A DNA stretch of 64,000 nucleotides from Marsupella aquatica (Eukaryota; Plantae; Marchantiophyta). A program made the position numbers and the translations under genes. The notes under the pieces were generated by a model. It was given only the letters and a program-made list of their open reading frames with translations, searched no databases and had not been told where the DNA came from. The stretch spans positions 19,730,803 to 19,794,802 of the forward strand of contig OZ316895.1 of the NCBI GenBank assembly GCA_973895155.1, written 5' to 3'. Positions 51,946 to 64,000 of the stretch are shown in pieces (position 1 is the first letter of the stretch; each line of letters starts with the position of its first letter).

Positions 51946-52240
51946 TCATTTTTCTTCGCCATGAATGCCGCTTTCTCGAACTGCATCTTCACCATGTTCA
52001 CCATCAGAATCCTCCAAGGTGTCCTCCAATTCCTGTTGCCTCCGCTTGAAAATCTTCACTCTCTTGCCGGCGTACCTTCCATGATGTTCCGTCCTGTCAA
52101 GTTCTCGAATGACGTAAGTGGCATTGGGATGAATTCTTGTCACTACAAACGGTCCTCGCCACCTCTGCGCAATCTTCTTCTCCGTCGAATGTCGATTCTC
52201 AAGGTTGCTCTCATAAATAAGCACCCAATCACCCTCCTCA
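51946..52240 (-). pseudogene. Gypsy integrase C-terminal (GPY/F) fragment
   Basis: GDWVLIYESNLEN..STEKKIAQRWRGPFVVTRIHPNATYVIRELD....YAGKRVKIF. Confidence 0.85.
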
Positions 52241-52329
52241 ATCGCGCACTACACCCCCTTCAACTTCTCTTCCTCCCGCGCGCCACACCCCCTTCGACTT
52301 CTCTTCCTCCAAAGATGCCTCTAACCACT

Positions 52330-55027
52330 TGTAGTGGAGGGTAACTCACGGGTAGCACACAACCCAAGCAAAGATATTGCTATCTCTACCAGTTTGTTCC
52401 CATGGAAGAGCTTAGGGTGGGACTGCAAGCGGAAGACGGATGAACAAACCTTTTAGAAACCAAACAAAACCCCACCTCTATCTTCCAAGAGCCTGGAGAG
52501 TTTTCTCCACTTCAAAACAATAGACTACAACAACAAAACAACAAGACCTAACTCTCCACAAGGACCCCCCCCCCCCTCATGAGAGTGCCAAATTTACTAA
52601 AGTTCTTTACACAAGGTGACCAGGGAAAACCTGTAAGAAATCACCCTGCTAAAAGCTCAATGGAACAAACCATGTTGCTGGGGTCACATCAGCTCCTCCT
52701 ACCATCAATTGGTTTGCTAAACAAAACTAGGGGCTGAGCCCATTGTACCTGACTGCCACCCAATCTCAAGCACCCAAGTTTCAGCAGCCCTTGACCAGAT
52801 CAATACTTCTTGTCACCTCCCAGCTCTAAAGATTCAGGTTGTCACTCCTGGGGGTGTCTTCTAACTCTGGCCAACAAAACAGCCAAATCATGACAGCAAA
52901 ACACACATGGTGAGAAGGTTGCACTTTCAGATTTACTAAAGTACTCCAAACACAACGACCAGGGAAAACCTGTAATCGCTTTGCCAAAAGTCCACAACTA
53001 GAGACACCAAAACACCATAAGGAATCGCCAATACGCTACCCAGGTATACTGCCCGAACCAGGGCAAACCTGAACTCACAACACAATATTCTTTCTTCATT
53101 GAACCTCTAGAAAATCAACCAGATTGGGTACAAGGTAACATCCAGGTACTCAATCCCTCTAAAGCTCAGTCATAGCAAAGAATTGGAGTCATAGCAAAGA
53201 AGGATGCAAGAAAAAGAGACTTTGTGTAACATCATAAATTTTCCTTGTACAAATGGAACCTCTGTCCAGGGTCCTTCTCCTCACTTCTCTACAACTATCC
53301 AACCCTGGGATCATATGCTTGTTGATCTTAGTTTCCACTCCATGTGGGTGAAGTTTCCACTAAGCAACCAGGCATTTGTCCCTACACACAAGAAACTACA
53401 ATCCTTAAATACTTTTCAGCCACTCCAATCCACTCCAATCCAATCCTCACCATGAGTTGAGTGTTCCCCTCTCTTACTAGCTCCTAATCAAGCTCCTACT
53501 TCCATTCAATCCTCGTCCATGTGCTTCAAATCATAGAATCAAATTTCGCACAGAAAAACTGGAAGCTGCAAACCCCCCTCTGGCATCTGATTTTTCTCTC
53601 ACCAACTAGACCTCGGTTGGTGCTCATAATTTGCCAGAAGGTGCGCCTACTTCCCTTTACCTCCACAAACAATATCAGCCAATTTGGTTGAGCAAATGTG
53701 GCTCCAGAAAATATTTGGTGTTGCTGAGTTTTCCTACCATTCATTTCCGCAAATTTCAACTTCGACGACTTGCCAGTGGAACTTCTAACTCCATTTCGAC
53801 CTGCCCTTCCAATCTACCACTTTCTTCCTTATTTGCTTCCCACTCACAACTAATCACCATCACCATCTTCCCACCAATCAATTGATTACAACAACATTCG
53901 TTTGCTTGAAGGTGCGGAATCAGATTTGTACCAAAAGCTAGAAAGTTGTAGACCCCCTCCGGCATCTGATTTTTCTCTCACCAACCAGACCTCGGTTGGT
54001 GCTCATAATTTGTTAGAAGGTGCGCCTACTTCCCTTCTACCTCCACAAAAAATATCAGCCAATTTGGTCAAGTGAATGTGGCGCCAAAAACGATTTGGTG
54101 TCGCTGATTTTTCCTATCACCAGTTTTCCACGATTTTGACTTCAGCGACTTGTGATTCGATATTATCTCTCCAATTCGACTTGTCTTTCCAAGCCACGAC
54201 TGCTTCACTTCATTTCTTGTAACTGATGACCACCTAATCCACCATATCTCATCAATCAATTGTTGATGGAGTCTTCACTCCTACCTAACTCCATACCTCA
54301 ATCAATCTTATCATCAACTAAGTAATTTCTTATTTCTTTCTTTACTCCTTTGATTCATCTACCTCTTCTTCCTCTTCTTTTGACTACCCTCATCCACATG
54401 AGAATACCATCTTTAGGAGTACCCCCCGTTTAAATCGCAACAAAACGGCCAAACGGCTTAGCGGTTTTGCGGCAAAAATACTACACGCCTATTCCTTGTG
54501 ATTTTTAAAAATCTAACTTGAACTCCGTTTGTGCTAAAATTTTGCCAGTGCGTTTCTTTACCTATAATCTATTACCTGACAAAAACTCAAACTTTTGGAT
54601 TAATCTAAGTCTACCAATAAAATAACTAAAGATGTCAATTTAATATAAAGTTGCAAAAACATAAAACTATTCTAAGTGTCAAAGAACCAAAGTGTTATTA
54701 TGCGAAACAAAAATGACCCTAACTTCCTAATGACATGTCCGATTTGTCTGATATTTTCTTGGGTAGATATCTCTATCTAAAATCTATCTACTCATCAAAA
54801 TTTCAGAGTTTTTCATGACCTACAAAGATCTGATTAAAATATTGCAAAAAGCTACTCTACCTTAAAACTATCACTATTAACTTCTCACTCAATCTTCTAG
54901 GTTCAAAGTTGACCAAGGCCTAAAGCCTTCAACTATACTGAAATTACATAGAAAGAGGTAATTATAAGTTTTAATAAGCTCAAAAATTAACTAATAGCCC
55001 TGTATGACACCTTTAAGGGGGCACACA
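52330..55027. mobile_element. ~2.7 kb insertion, probable solo LTR, nested in the Gypsy LTR
   Basis: Starts TGTAG and ends CACA. It interrupts sequence that is contiguous in the sister LTR (CTCTAA-CCTCT-TCTTCGCCC at ~51202). Flanks are CCACT/CCTCT. Internal duplication at ~53570-53750 and ~53950-54120. Confidence 0.7.
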
Positions 55028-55302
55028 CCTCTTCTACGCCCTCTAACTGTCACCATGTCCTTATGAATTCGAATCCTTCCAGGCCGCCACATGTCACTTC
55101 CACAATAAATGCCTTAAATGTTTTTTAAGTCTAAGCATCAACTATCACCCTTTTATTCCTCTTTTGTCTTTTTAACCTTCAACTTTAACTTTGTTTGTTT
55201 CTTTCTCTTCACAACTAGTGATGCTTTCCAAACTGAACTAAAAGCAGGTTGTCATGTTCCGGCACACTCCACTTTAACCGTTAAATATTTTCCACGACGA
55301 CA

Positions 55303-57457
55303 CCAGGTCGATATAGGTTGTCCTCTATCCGAAGCCTCAAGGTGGAAGCAATCATGCACATCTACGATTAGCAATTTGGCTTTTCTCCTTCTTCTGCCAC
55401 TTACTAATGTGATCAATTCTCCTATTGTGATGTTGGCTTTGACATTGTCAATATCTGCCACAATGTCATACGGTTGGGATTTCTCCAACTTCAATTTCCC
55501 TTCCTCAACTGAAGGCACCACAGGGGTAATTGACTTCTTGATTTCAGGTTTCACTTGTAATTCACAAGCCAAAATCTCTTTGACTTCTGCAGAGATGTCC
55601 GGTAAGAAGTATTTGAGATCATTACGATCATATGCTCCATCGTTCTTGTGGTCTACCTCTTCTCTTTTCCCTGTTATAGGTTGCCTGACTTTCTTTAATT
55701 CCTTCTCAAGGGGTTTAGCCAACTTTTTCTCTTTAGATCAAGTCACTGCGAACACATTCAGTACTCTGTCTCTCTCCCTAACTCTTTTGTTGGGTTGGCC
55801 AAGTTCCTCTTCCTTGACTAAGTGAGGTACCTCAATGTCTAACACCAGGCCTTGTGGTCCACCATTATTCATATCCGTAATTTTGGTGGCAGTAGTTTTA
55901 ATTTCCGGATTCAGATCCAGATCTGCACTTGGAAATAGTTTTCCCCGTTCTTTCTCCTTTTTCTTCACTATGGTGACTTGGGGTGTAGACTGCTTCCTCT
56001 CGCATGTGAGCTGGTACCGGATTTTTCTCATCCAAACGGCCACTTCACGTCACAACGGGACATTGGATGCCAGAAACATTTTGGGATTCCAATACTGGTT
56101 TTGGTCGATCGTTTCTGAATGGAGACGAAGGTAAACGTCGCAACTATCATGTGAGATGGGAGTGATCGTTCCATGTTGAACCGGTAGTTTGGGGACTTTG
56201 AGGATGCAACGTCCACCCCCTCCCTCATTACGATGGGCGTATCCAGGTCGAACGGGTTTGCTTATAATACTTGGGAGATTAAATCCCGACTGCCTAGTTT
56301 CACTACTGCTTTAGTGGTTTCTGTTCCCACTTTCGATAATCTTCGAGCTCTTTCGCTGACCGGGGTCGTATTGACAACTATATCTTTGAATCTGCCATCC
56401 GCTACCTAGAGGTGTCTTACCATGAATAACCCGAGGAGAATCTCTGTGGCCTCTTTTCAAAGACACACCACAATCATTTTGGAGGAGGGCTCGATTCTAG
56501 AAACTGAGCAGCCTAAATGGTCGGAGACAAGTGCTTTCTGCAACCGTTTTAATCTCCCCCAAGACGAAGCCATTAGTCCTGGTGACAATCTGATCCCATG
56601 GCTGAGGGATTCTCCGCCTAGGAGATTTGCAGAGCGGTTTACGATTCACTGGCCACCTCCTCCTTACAGTCCAACTCGGGAGGATGAGATGAGGAAACAG
56701 GAAGAACTTGGCCGTGTTGATTTCCAGAACACGACCATTCCTGGCGTGTTTCCCCGAATCGGTGATGAGCGAGTTCCGTCGATGGCGTTTGTGAGGAACC
56801 GTGAGCACGGTTTTGTTCCAGATAGAGCCCGATCTAATGCTGGAGTGAACGATGAATGTGGCTCATCGACCAATGAGCGGACTAGCGCCCGGCGCTAGCG
56901 TTGGTCTCTAAGACTATGGTGCCCATAGCGCTCAAGTTTTTTTGAATGTGATGAAGACTTTGTCGGGACTCGACCGGAATTTAGAAATCTTGTCGTTAGA
57001 TGTAGCCATTTTGGTTATCGATTGTGTGGAGTTCGGTGAAGTGCCTAGCACTAGTTTACTATTCGGCCATTTTAAGCGAGAGGCGTCGGATGCGCGTAGC
57101 TTTTTGAAACTTTCATACCTTCCGTTTACGATGTGGTTATGCGGATCACTTTGATCTTTTGTAAGCGCTTGGCACTACCATCTTACTAAAAAAAAATTGT
57201 ATGGCAAGACTTTGTGGATTTTGGGGTGGCATTCAATTATGCGAATTGGTTGGAGTTGGCTCTTTTGGATGTAAAACCCTAAACGTCGGTCCGATGGTCC
57301 CGGTGGTTTCGTCGTATTTATCACGTCGGCCTCCGTCTGACTGAGCGTTATAACTAGCGCCCGGTGCTAGTATCTTCACCGGTCCGACGGAGGCACCCGA
57401 GTTTCTTGTTTAGAGCTCCATTCTGTACAATTACAATGGCAACGCCTGGTGCGTGCC
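55303..57457 (-). mobile_element. Degenerate Gypsy-like gag/leader remnant with candidate PBS
   Basis: Charged ORF fragments ending YDIVADIDNVKANITIGELI. ...GCACA|GGCACGCACCAGG at ~57458 (minus) resembles an LTR-end/PBS junction. Confidence 0.45.
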
Positions 57458-57706
57458 TGTGCTTTTTAGTATAACCCAGGTTCAAATGTACCATTCCCCT
57501 CGGCTTAGTATTCGAGCGCCTGTTGCTATTCTACATCATTTTTTTTGGACTTGACTACAATCTTCTAAACACCCCGTTTTGGGTGTCAAGTTCTTGCTTA
57601 ACAACAAAAAAGTTTCCGGTATTTTTCGTTTAAGTTTGGTGTATTCGGTTTCCTGTTTCCTGTCATCGGTTCCTGTTTTGGGTTTCCTGTTTTCTTGTTT
57701 CCTGTC

Positions 57707-58060
57707 TTATGTAAATACCCCCATCTTCCAACCATCCTTCGGATCAACCTCACCATCAAAGTAATTGTCAGCGTAATTCTCCTTCAACGTAAAAAAACTC
57801 TCTCCCTTCAATGGCACATCTAGCAATAAGGAGATAACAGCCGCAGTCCACTTTTCCGTATTTCCTGTGATAGAATTCAGAAAATCCGAAACTATGGTGG
57901 CACGATTCCGGACCTCCTTCACAAACACTGCACTCTGATATCCCCATGGCAACTCCATCAACTTCGCGTAGCCGATGGCCTCAAGGTTGTTCTGTAAATG
58001 GTCCTTCCTTTCCAGATCCATAGGATTCTCAGGACGCAACGGCTTCTCGTTAACAATGAT
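57707..58060 (-). pseudogene. Remnant of the retroelement-associated accessory ORF (copy 2)
   Basis: GYAKLMELPWG....VKEV....ITGNTEKWTAAVISLLLDVPLKGESF......NYFDGEVDPKDGWK; 3'-truncated. Confidence 0.6.
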
Positions 58061-58859
58061 TGTCCGCTCCTTAGTCGCCTATTTTGGAAGCATCCAGATT
58101 CCATATTTGTTTGGGGCAAAATCCGGATCCTTTCTCTTCACCATGATGAACAAGGGAGAGCAAGAAACCAAATTAAAATCCCTTCATAAAATTCTGGAAA
58201 TCTCAAATCCGGAAATTGGAATCAAATCGTCACTTCCCCACTCAATCGAACGATCACCCACTTCCCACGTAACCAGTTCCTCACAACTAATGCCTTGAAT
58301 CGGCAGCCTCATCCAGCTCTATTCACTCGGACGGTGACTTCTCGCAAAAGATTTCTGCAGCAGTTCGGTAGTGGGAGGAATGCCCGGTCACAGTGGCCTT
58401 AAGGACTCGGTCACCAACTTCCGGTCTCCGGTCGGACGTCAGACTTATGTTTTTAGTCGGCATTCTCGTACGCCTCCTCTTGCGGTGCGACTGTACCGAT
58501 ATTTGCAAGTTCCAAAAAGAGTGCTATCCGGATATGTCCAGATGTCATAGAGCAAACTAGACTTTGTAGTCATTTTTGGGTTTATTATACTCCATTAACC
58601 TGGTAATGCGCAAAAAATTTCAAAATTTTCACTTTTTAATTTCTTTGGCCATATATAGCCTTGTTATCACATCAATCTTTGAATGAATGCATGAAATATA
58701 GGAAATAGATTTGCTATGGAACATTAAAGGAAAGCTTTGAAATCTTGTCTCTTGGGAATTGTATTTAGAACCTTTCATGACATAAAACCAATCTCCTCTA
58801 AGAGTATGTGGAAATCGGAAAACAAAAGAAAATAGAATGTCTATTCCTTGGAAAAAAAA

Positions 58860-59900
58860 TTATAAATTTTGTTTAAGCCGCAAAAACCCCGTGGCGGGGG
58901 GGTACACACAGGACCAACAAGAACCTCACAAAGAAAGCATCCACCCAGAGCCCCAACCAACCTCAAGCACCAAGGCCAGTGGCCCAAAGCAGGTCACATA
59001 AGCACACCCTAAAAGGCAAAGGGGAGGGCCAGCCAACCAAGGCCCAAAACAATAGAAATCAGCAATCACAATCGCCAAACAAAGCACTACCTACCAGTTC
59101 TACTGCCACACCTACAACTAGTAACTAGGGCCCCACAATCAGGTAGCTCGGCCCGAGCAGCACTACAACCCTCCAAACATTCAAAGGCACTACAATTATT
59201 CATCCGAATACCAAGTGCCCTCCACTTCTTCTCAACCAACTCCTCCTCTCCATTTCCACCTCTTCCTTAGCCCTCGACAGACGAGAATGCTTCCGCCCTG
59301 GTGGGAGGAGCATGCACACCCCCTGCAAGTGATCAACAACTTCCGATAGCATTAACCTTATGTCAAAGCATCGTCTACCTTCCACTTGGAAAACCTGTTA
59401 AATCCTCTCTAGCCATAGTATCTATAATATCTGATACAACACAAAGAATCGCACAGTTTACAACTGAACCAACCACTAGAGGCAGCCATTCTCTCCAGCA
59501 ACCCTTGTCTAGGAGCAAACAAAGCCCCTATGAAGCAATCACAACACAATGTCCAACACGCCCTCGCATGCATGCAGCCAACAAATAAGTGAGGGATACT
59601 CTCCATCTCATCTGAACAGATTAGGCAGAATCCATCGCATGCACCAATGGTGAGACCCCAAGATCCGGTAATAACCCTCCCACGAGGATTCTCCACAAGA
59701 ATGTCTTAGCTCTGACAGACAAGTTCGAGCACCATAATGCACACCATCTTTGACACCATTCAAGTTTTGTTCTATTGTTGTTCCATATCCTATTCCATCT
59801 CATGAAGTCCGACCCTTTGGTTCTACGTAATTGGTATACCCAATAGATAGGGATTTTGAACCCTCTGGTTGGTGTATCCTGCTCCCCCAGCGCCAGCATC
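58860..59900 (-). mobile_element. 5'-truncated LINE (L1-like) remnant: ORF2 C-terminal zinc-binding region and 3' UTR
   Basis: LWCSNLSVRAKTFLWRILVGGL / FCLICSDEMESIPHLFVGCMHARACW (zf-RVT-like C-x2-C...H-LF-x2-C). Confidence 0.8.
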
Positions 59901-61287
59901 TAGAGACAACCGCTTCCCATCATGATACGCTATTGAGAATGTCTATTGAGAAAAAGAATAATTTCATGCTAATCATATAAGTAAAATCTAAGTAAGGATT
60001 GTTTCAGGATTTTGTATGTAGAAAACAGTAAAGGAATCACTTTTTGATTTCAAATTTCATAAGTCAAGCATAAATCATTTCATTTATTCTCTATGGGAAT
60101 AAATTCTGTGCTTTTAGACATAAAGCATATACATTGTATGAGATTACACTTAACGCATATTCTTTTTGCCGCCACTGCTGGGAATAAAATAGAAATTAAT
60201 TTATGAATGAGGCTGAGTGAATTGGTTGAAAGAAAGATTTGAGGCAGTCAACCAATTTCAACAGAATTAAATTGAATTGGAAATTGATGTGAAGGAGTAA
60301 ACAAAATATTGTTGTAGAAATTGGATCAATTTCTTTGGAGTAATTAATCTTGTTGGTATGGAGGAATCAATGCACTTTGGCTCACCTTTGTCTTTCATTG
60401 TTATTCCTTTTTCAATTGATAATGCTCCCACTACCTTAGTTTAGTCAATGAGGGAAAAAAATTAAAATAGAGATAGAGAAATAGGACCTTGAGAAGAAGC
60501 CCAAGGTATCAGTTCACAGTGTTGTAGTACTTGCTACCAAAGATTATCCTTAACTCCCCTCAAATTGATTTGACCAATGGATGTGATTGTTTGGAGAAGA
60601 AAGGCCAGCGCATAATTTAATTGGAATTGATCCATAGGGCATCAGGTAAGAAAATTTTTGTAGTATGGCCAAAAGAACACAAAGTAACACGATTTTTTTA
60701 TAAACTCAAAATGTGGTCCCTTTAAGAAAATATTTGGAATAGATTGAATGAATTAACAGTTCTGAGTGATTGGCTCTTGCTCTATATTTCTCAAGTTCCC
60801 AAAAAGGGTTAAATTAACGAAAACACAAGGAAAAGTAAACTCTTGAGTTATGGATCAAAAGAAAATATAAACTGAGAACATATTTGTTTTAATTTGCTAT
60901 TGCCACTCCTTCAAAAATAACTATGGTCTTAGTATCAACAAAGATTAAAATTATCGTAGCAGATTCACTCTCCTTTTGGGACCATAAAGATGTGAAATAA
61001 AATAATCTTTTGCTCACTAAACCCAAAGTACATTTTTGGTTGGTTTTATTGAGATACATACTAAAATGCCATCAACATGGTTTGATTAATTGTCAACAAT
61101 TATTTGCAACTCAAATGAAACGCTAATACATGTGCCAAAGTAAAATAATGGTACTTTGATACTTTGAGAATGGAATTTTGTTCCTTCCAATTCAAAAATC
61201 TATTCTAAGTGCCTCAAATAAATCAGCATATGTGTCACAAAGTTATAAAAAGTGGAAAACCAGAAATTGTTTCAAGTGTCAAAACTT

Positions 61288-62872
61288 TGTGGACGTTTTT
61301 CAAAGTGTCTAAAATACAAGGAACATTTTTGGAAGCGTTAGGAATTTTGATCTCTTCTTTGGCAGCAACTGTCGTTTGATCTTTCGAGTGGACGCTTTTC
61401 AAAGCATAGGGTTCTGTGGGACGCTTTTCAAAGCATTAGTGTGGATGTCGCCTTTGGGATATCAGAAGCTTCTCTTAGGCGTTGATACTTGGCTTACGCT
61501 TTTGAAAGTGTTGCTTCTTCCTTTGTCTTGCAAATACAGACACTCCTCAAATCATCAATGTTTTTGTGAATGCTTCAAAAAGCGTCTTAAGTTTAGTCGC
61601 GCCTACGGAATAGTTCTTACAACGACATAGTTTAAGATGGACACTTTCAAAAGCGTCGTGATTAGAGTGGACGCTTGATGAAATCCCACAAAAATGCCTT
61701 TTCACATAGCGCTCCTCTTTGATTAGGCTATGTACATTAGGCACCAATTCTTCTTCCTTGCAGGCTAATAAAGTACACAATGCATTCAAGGTAGCCTTCA
61801 AATTACTGAGTTGCTCCTCCTATCTATAATTCACTTCCGCTTTACCTTAATCATTAAATTTTGATAAAATTTTCTCTCTGTTGGTAGTAATCACTTCTCC
61901 TTGAAGTAAATATGTGCTACGTATGGTGTCAAATTCACAACTTGCAGCTTCCTTGCTCATGTACCCAATTCCTGAAATTCTTCACTTGAGTATGGATCAC
62001 TCTATGTAGGATTAGCGTTCAATTGATTGCAGCCTTCCTCTATTCTAAGGAAAATATTACAATGGTGCCCAGCGAAAGAGAGTGTAATATGTGTCTGACT
62101 CTCACGATGGAAGATTGATGAGAGAAAGCAAAAAATATGTTGTAATGGCTCTTCCAACAATCCCCTGCTATTCAACCATTCCGCCTCTTGAATGTTTTAG
62201 GGTAAAATAGAGATTCGACATACACCCTTGGTTCCCCTTCCACTTTTTGTAATCCTTCTCCTACGATAGGAGTTGAATAAACTATCGCAACGAGCTCTTC
62301 AGTCCAATTACTTGGCCTTGCGTGTACTCCAGCTCCTTCCTTGATGTCCCATTTGCCTCTATCCATTAGACTGAATTTGCAAATGCTCCAAAGGAACTTC
62401 AGATGTCTCTTCAAGCCCATGATTGTCAAATCTTCCCTCAAGCGCCTTTGGTTGACAAGATTTAATGGCAACACAACAGCTATAAGTGGCGTAGTGACAT
62501 TTAGCTCCATCTCCGCCATCACTTGGTCTGTAATCTTTGCATTCTCAGCTTCACTTCTGCTACATGATCAAGGCCTCCCCCTCTGCTATGTCAATCACCA
62601 GTAGTGGACACAATTGAGTTGGCTTGTCGTTCCGTGCGTCACTTTGTCTCTAAGGTCTGTTAAATATCATAATCTGCCGCCATACATGAAATTGTTCAAA
62701 AAAATTGACGGTCGTTCTGACGTTTTGCAAAGCGTACTCAATTTGCACCGGCATTTTTATAAGCAGATGGGATGCTTCTCAAAGCATCCAAGAAAAACTA
62801 CTTGGGATGGACGCTTTTCAATGCGTCCAATAAACTTGGAAACTTGGGTGGACGCTTTTCAAAGCGTCCAAA
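61288..62872. repeat. Two clusters of an 18-bp palindromic motif GACGCTTT-TC-AAAGCGTC
   Basis: About 10 variant copies at ~61290-61680 and ~62720-62870. Confidence 0.75.
62172..62522 (-). pseudogene. Remnant of the retroelement-associated accessory ORF (copy 3)
   Basis: LTIMGLKRHLKFLW......VHARPSNWTEELVAIVYSTPIVGEGL aligns by eye with copy 2 (GYAKLMELPW...TEKWTAAVISLLLDVPLKGESF). Confidence 0.5.
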
Positions 62873-64000
62873 AAATTAAAAAATACTTAAACACAACATC
62901 ACTATTCTAAATCAACTCTATATTAATTTACCTAGCAGGTATGAAATATACCTAGTCATCCACTCAAACTATGACACGTTCGAGTCATGAGTGAGTTAAA
63001 TGGAAGAAAAATGGAATCGTTTTAATCTAAGCCATTAATTTGGGTATCTAGGGACTGTCCATCCATAGTGGTTAAGGAAACACAACCATTAGCCCAGTCC
63101 TATCCAATGGGTATGTAATTGTAGTATTGCACTAAGGACACAAATCAACATTTAATGCCTAAAACTCAGCATTCGATACCATGGAAGAACAAGTAAGGAA
63201 TGATTTTCTATCATTTAACACCTATGAATGACTAAGGTAACAAAAACACAACTTTGAGCCTTTTACTATGATTGCTTAGCAAGGCATAGATTTGAATGTT
63301 TGCGTAACATTGTAAATAAAATAACAAAATGGAAACAATTAACAAAACACAATGAAATCTTGAGATATGATGAGGGAGTTTGGAAAACACCAAGGTAACT
63401 TCTCATCAATATTTCATTTGATATGATTTAGGTGGTATATCCGTAAGAACATTTCTGGAAATGATTACTGTACTAGGATGATTACTAAAATGCCGTCAAC
63501 ACATCTCAACTTTTCATTCCAAGGTACTTAGTGGAGACTAGTAATCAGTCACTTCTGTATCCATTCGATACTTTGTGTCACAAATAAGAAATATCATCAT
63601 GCTCAAATTGAAGTCATAAATAATTGGTGAGTAACAATCTTTGCATTTTGTGCACAAGCAATGTCACGCCAAAAACCTTGCATCAAGAACTCAAGAAGAT
63701 GGGTTGTCACCACTTAAGGAATCTATTCCCTCATACTTTTGAGATTCAACTTCATACAAATAATTTTACTTTAATGATCTAAACTCTCAATCATTTAGAC
63801 CAAGGAAGGGAGAAGAATTCTTTTTGCATTTGCAAGCTCCATACAAAAACACTCAAAAGCTTTACTTCGCAAAGGTGATTCCAGTGCTACAGCAAATGCC
63901 ACAAGCACTTACTTTATTTCTTCACACTTGAAAATAACACAAATTCTACTTCATATAGGCTAGCAAGAAACCCAAGGAGATTGAGATACTGAAAGGAAAT

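Larger units (their letters stand above)
49013..55302 (-). mobile_element. Internally deleted Ty3/Gypsy element: ~2.47 kb 3' LTR (49013-51483), integrase tail, truncated 5' LTR
   Basis: The LTR start TGTCGTCG(G/T)GGAAAATATTT occurs at 51483 (preceded by PPT GGTGGGGGTGAA) and again at 55302. Region 51160-51483 is duplicated at 52270-52329 plus 55028-55302. Flanks CCCGG/CCAGG are a possible TSD with 1 mismatch. Confidence 0.65.

Overview
A repeat-rich eukaryotic nuclear segment, most likely from a non-seed land plant such as a bryophyte. This is inferred from GT-AG introns, a LORELEI-like gene, a Bianca-type Copia and a moss/liverwort-type retroelement ORF family. The centrepiece is a ~14 kb spliced, now pseudogenised, NRPS-like lipid 'megasynthase' gene (9766-23706, +). 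Its domain order is FAD oxidoreductase/PUFA-isomerase tail, fatty acyl-AMP ligase, ACP, ACP, TM/beta-helix, TM/beta-helix, catalase-like heme domain, TM/beta-helix. It is split inside an exon by a full-length Ty1/Copia element (12387-17400, TSD ATACT). Upstream lies a Helitron-like Rep/PIF1 ORF broken by a single stop codon, followed by a hidden 3-exon ORF. Downstream are an intronless fungal-looking SDR pseudogene, an intact AIG1/GIMAP-like GTPase, an intact 3-exon LORELEI-like GPI-anchored gene, a full-length Bianca Copia (40113-46961), solo LTRs, nested Gypsy remnants and a LINE fragment. All family assignments come from reading motifs by eye; no database searches were run.
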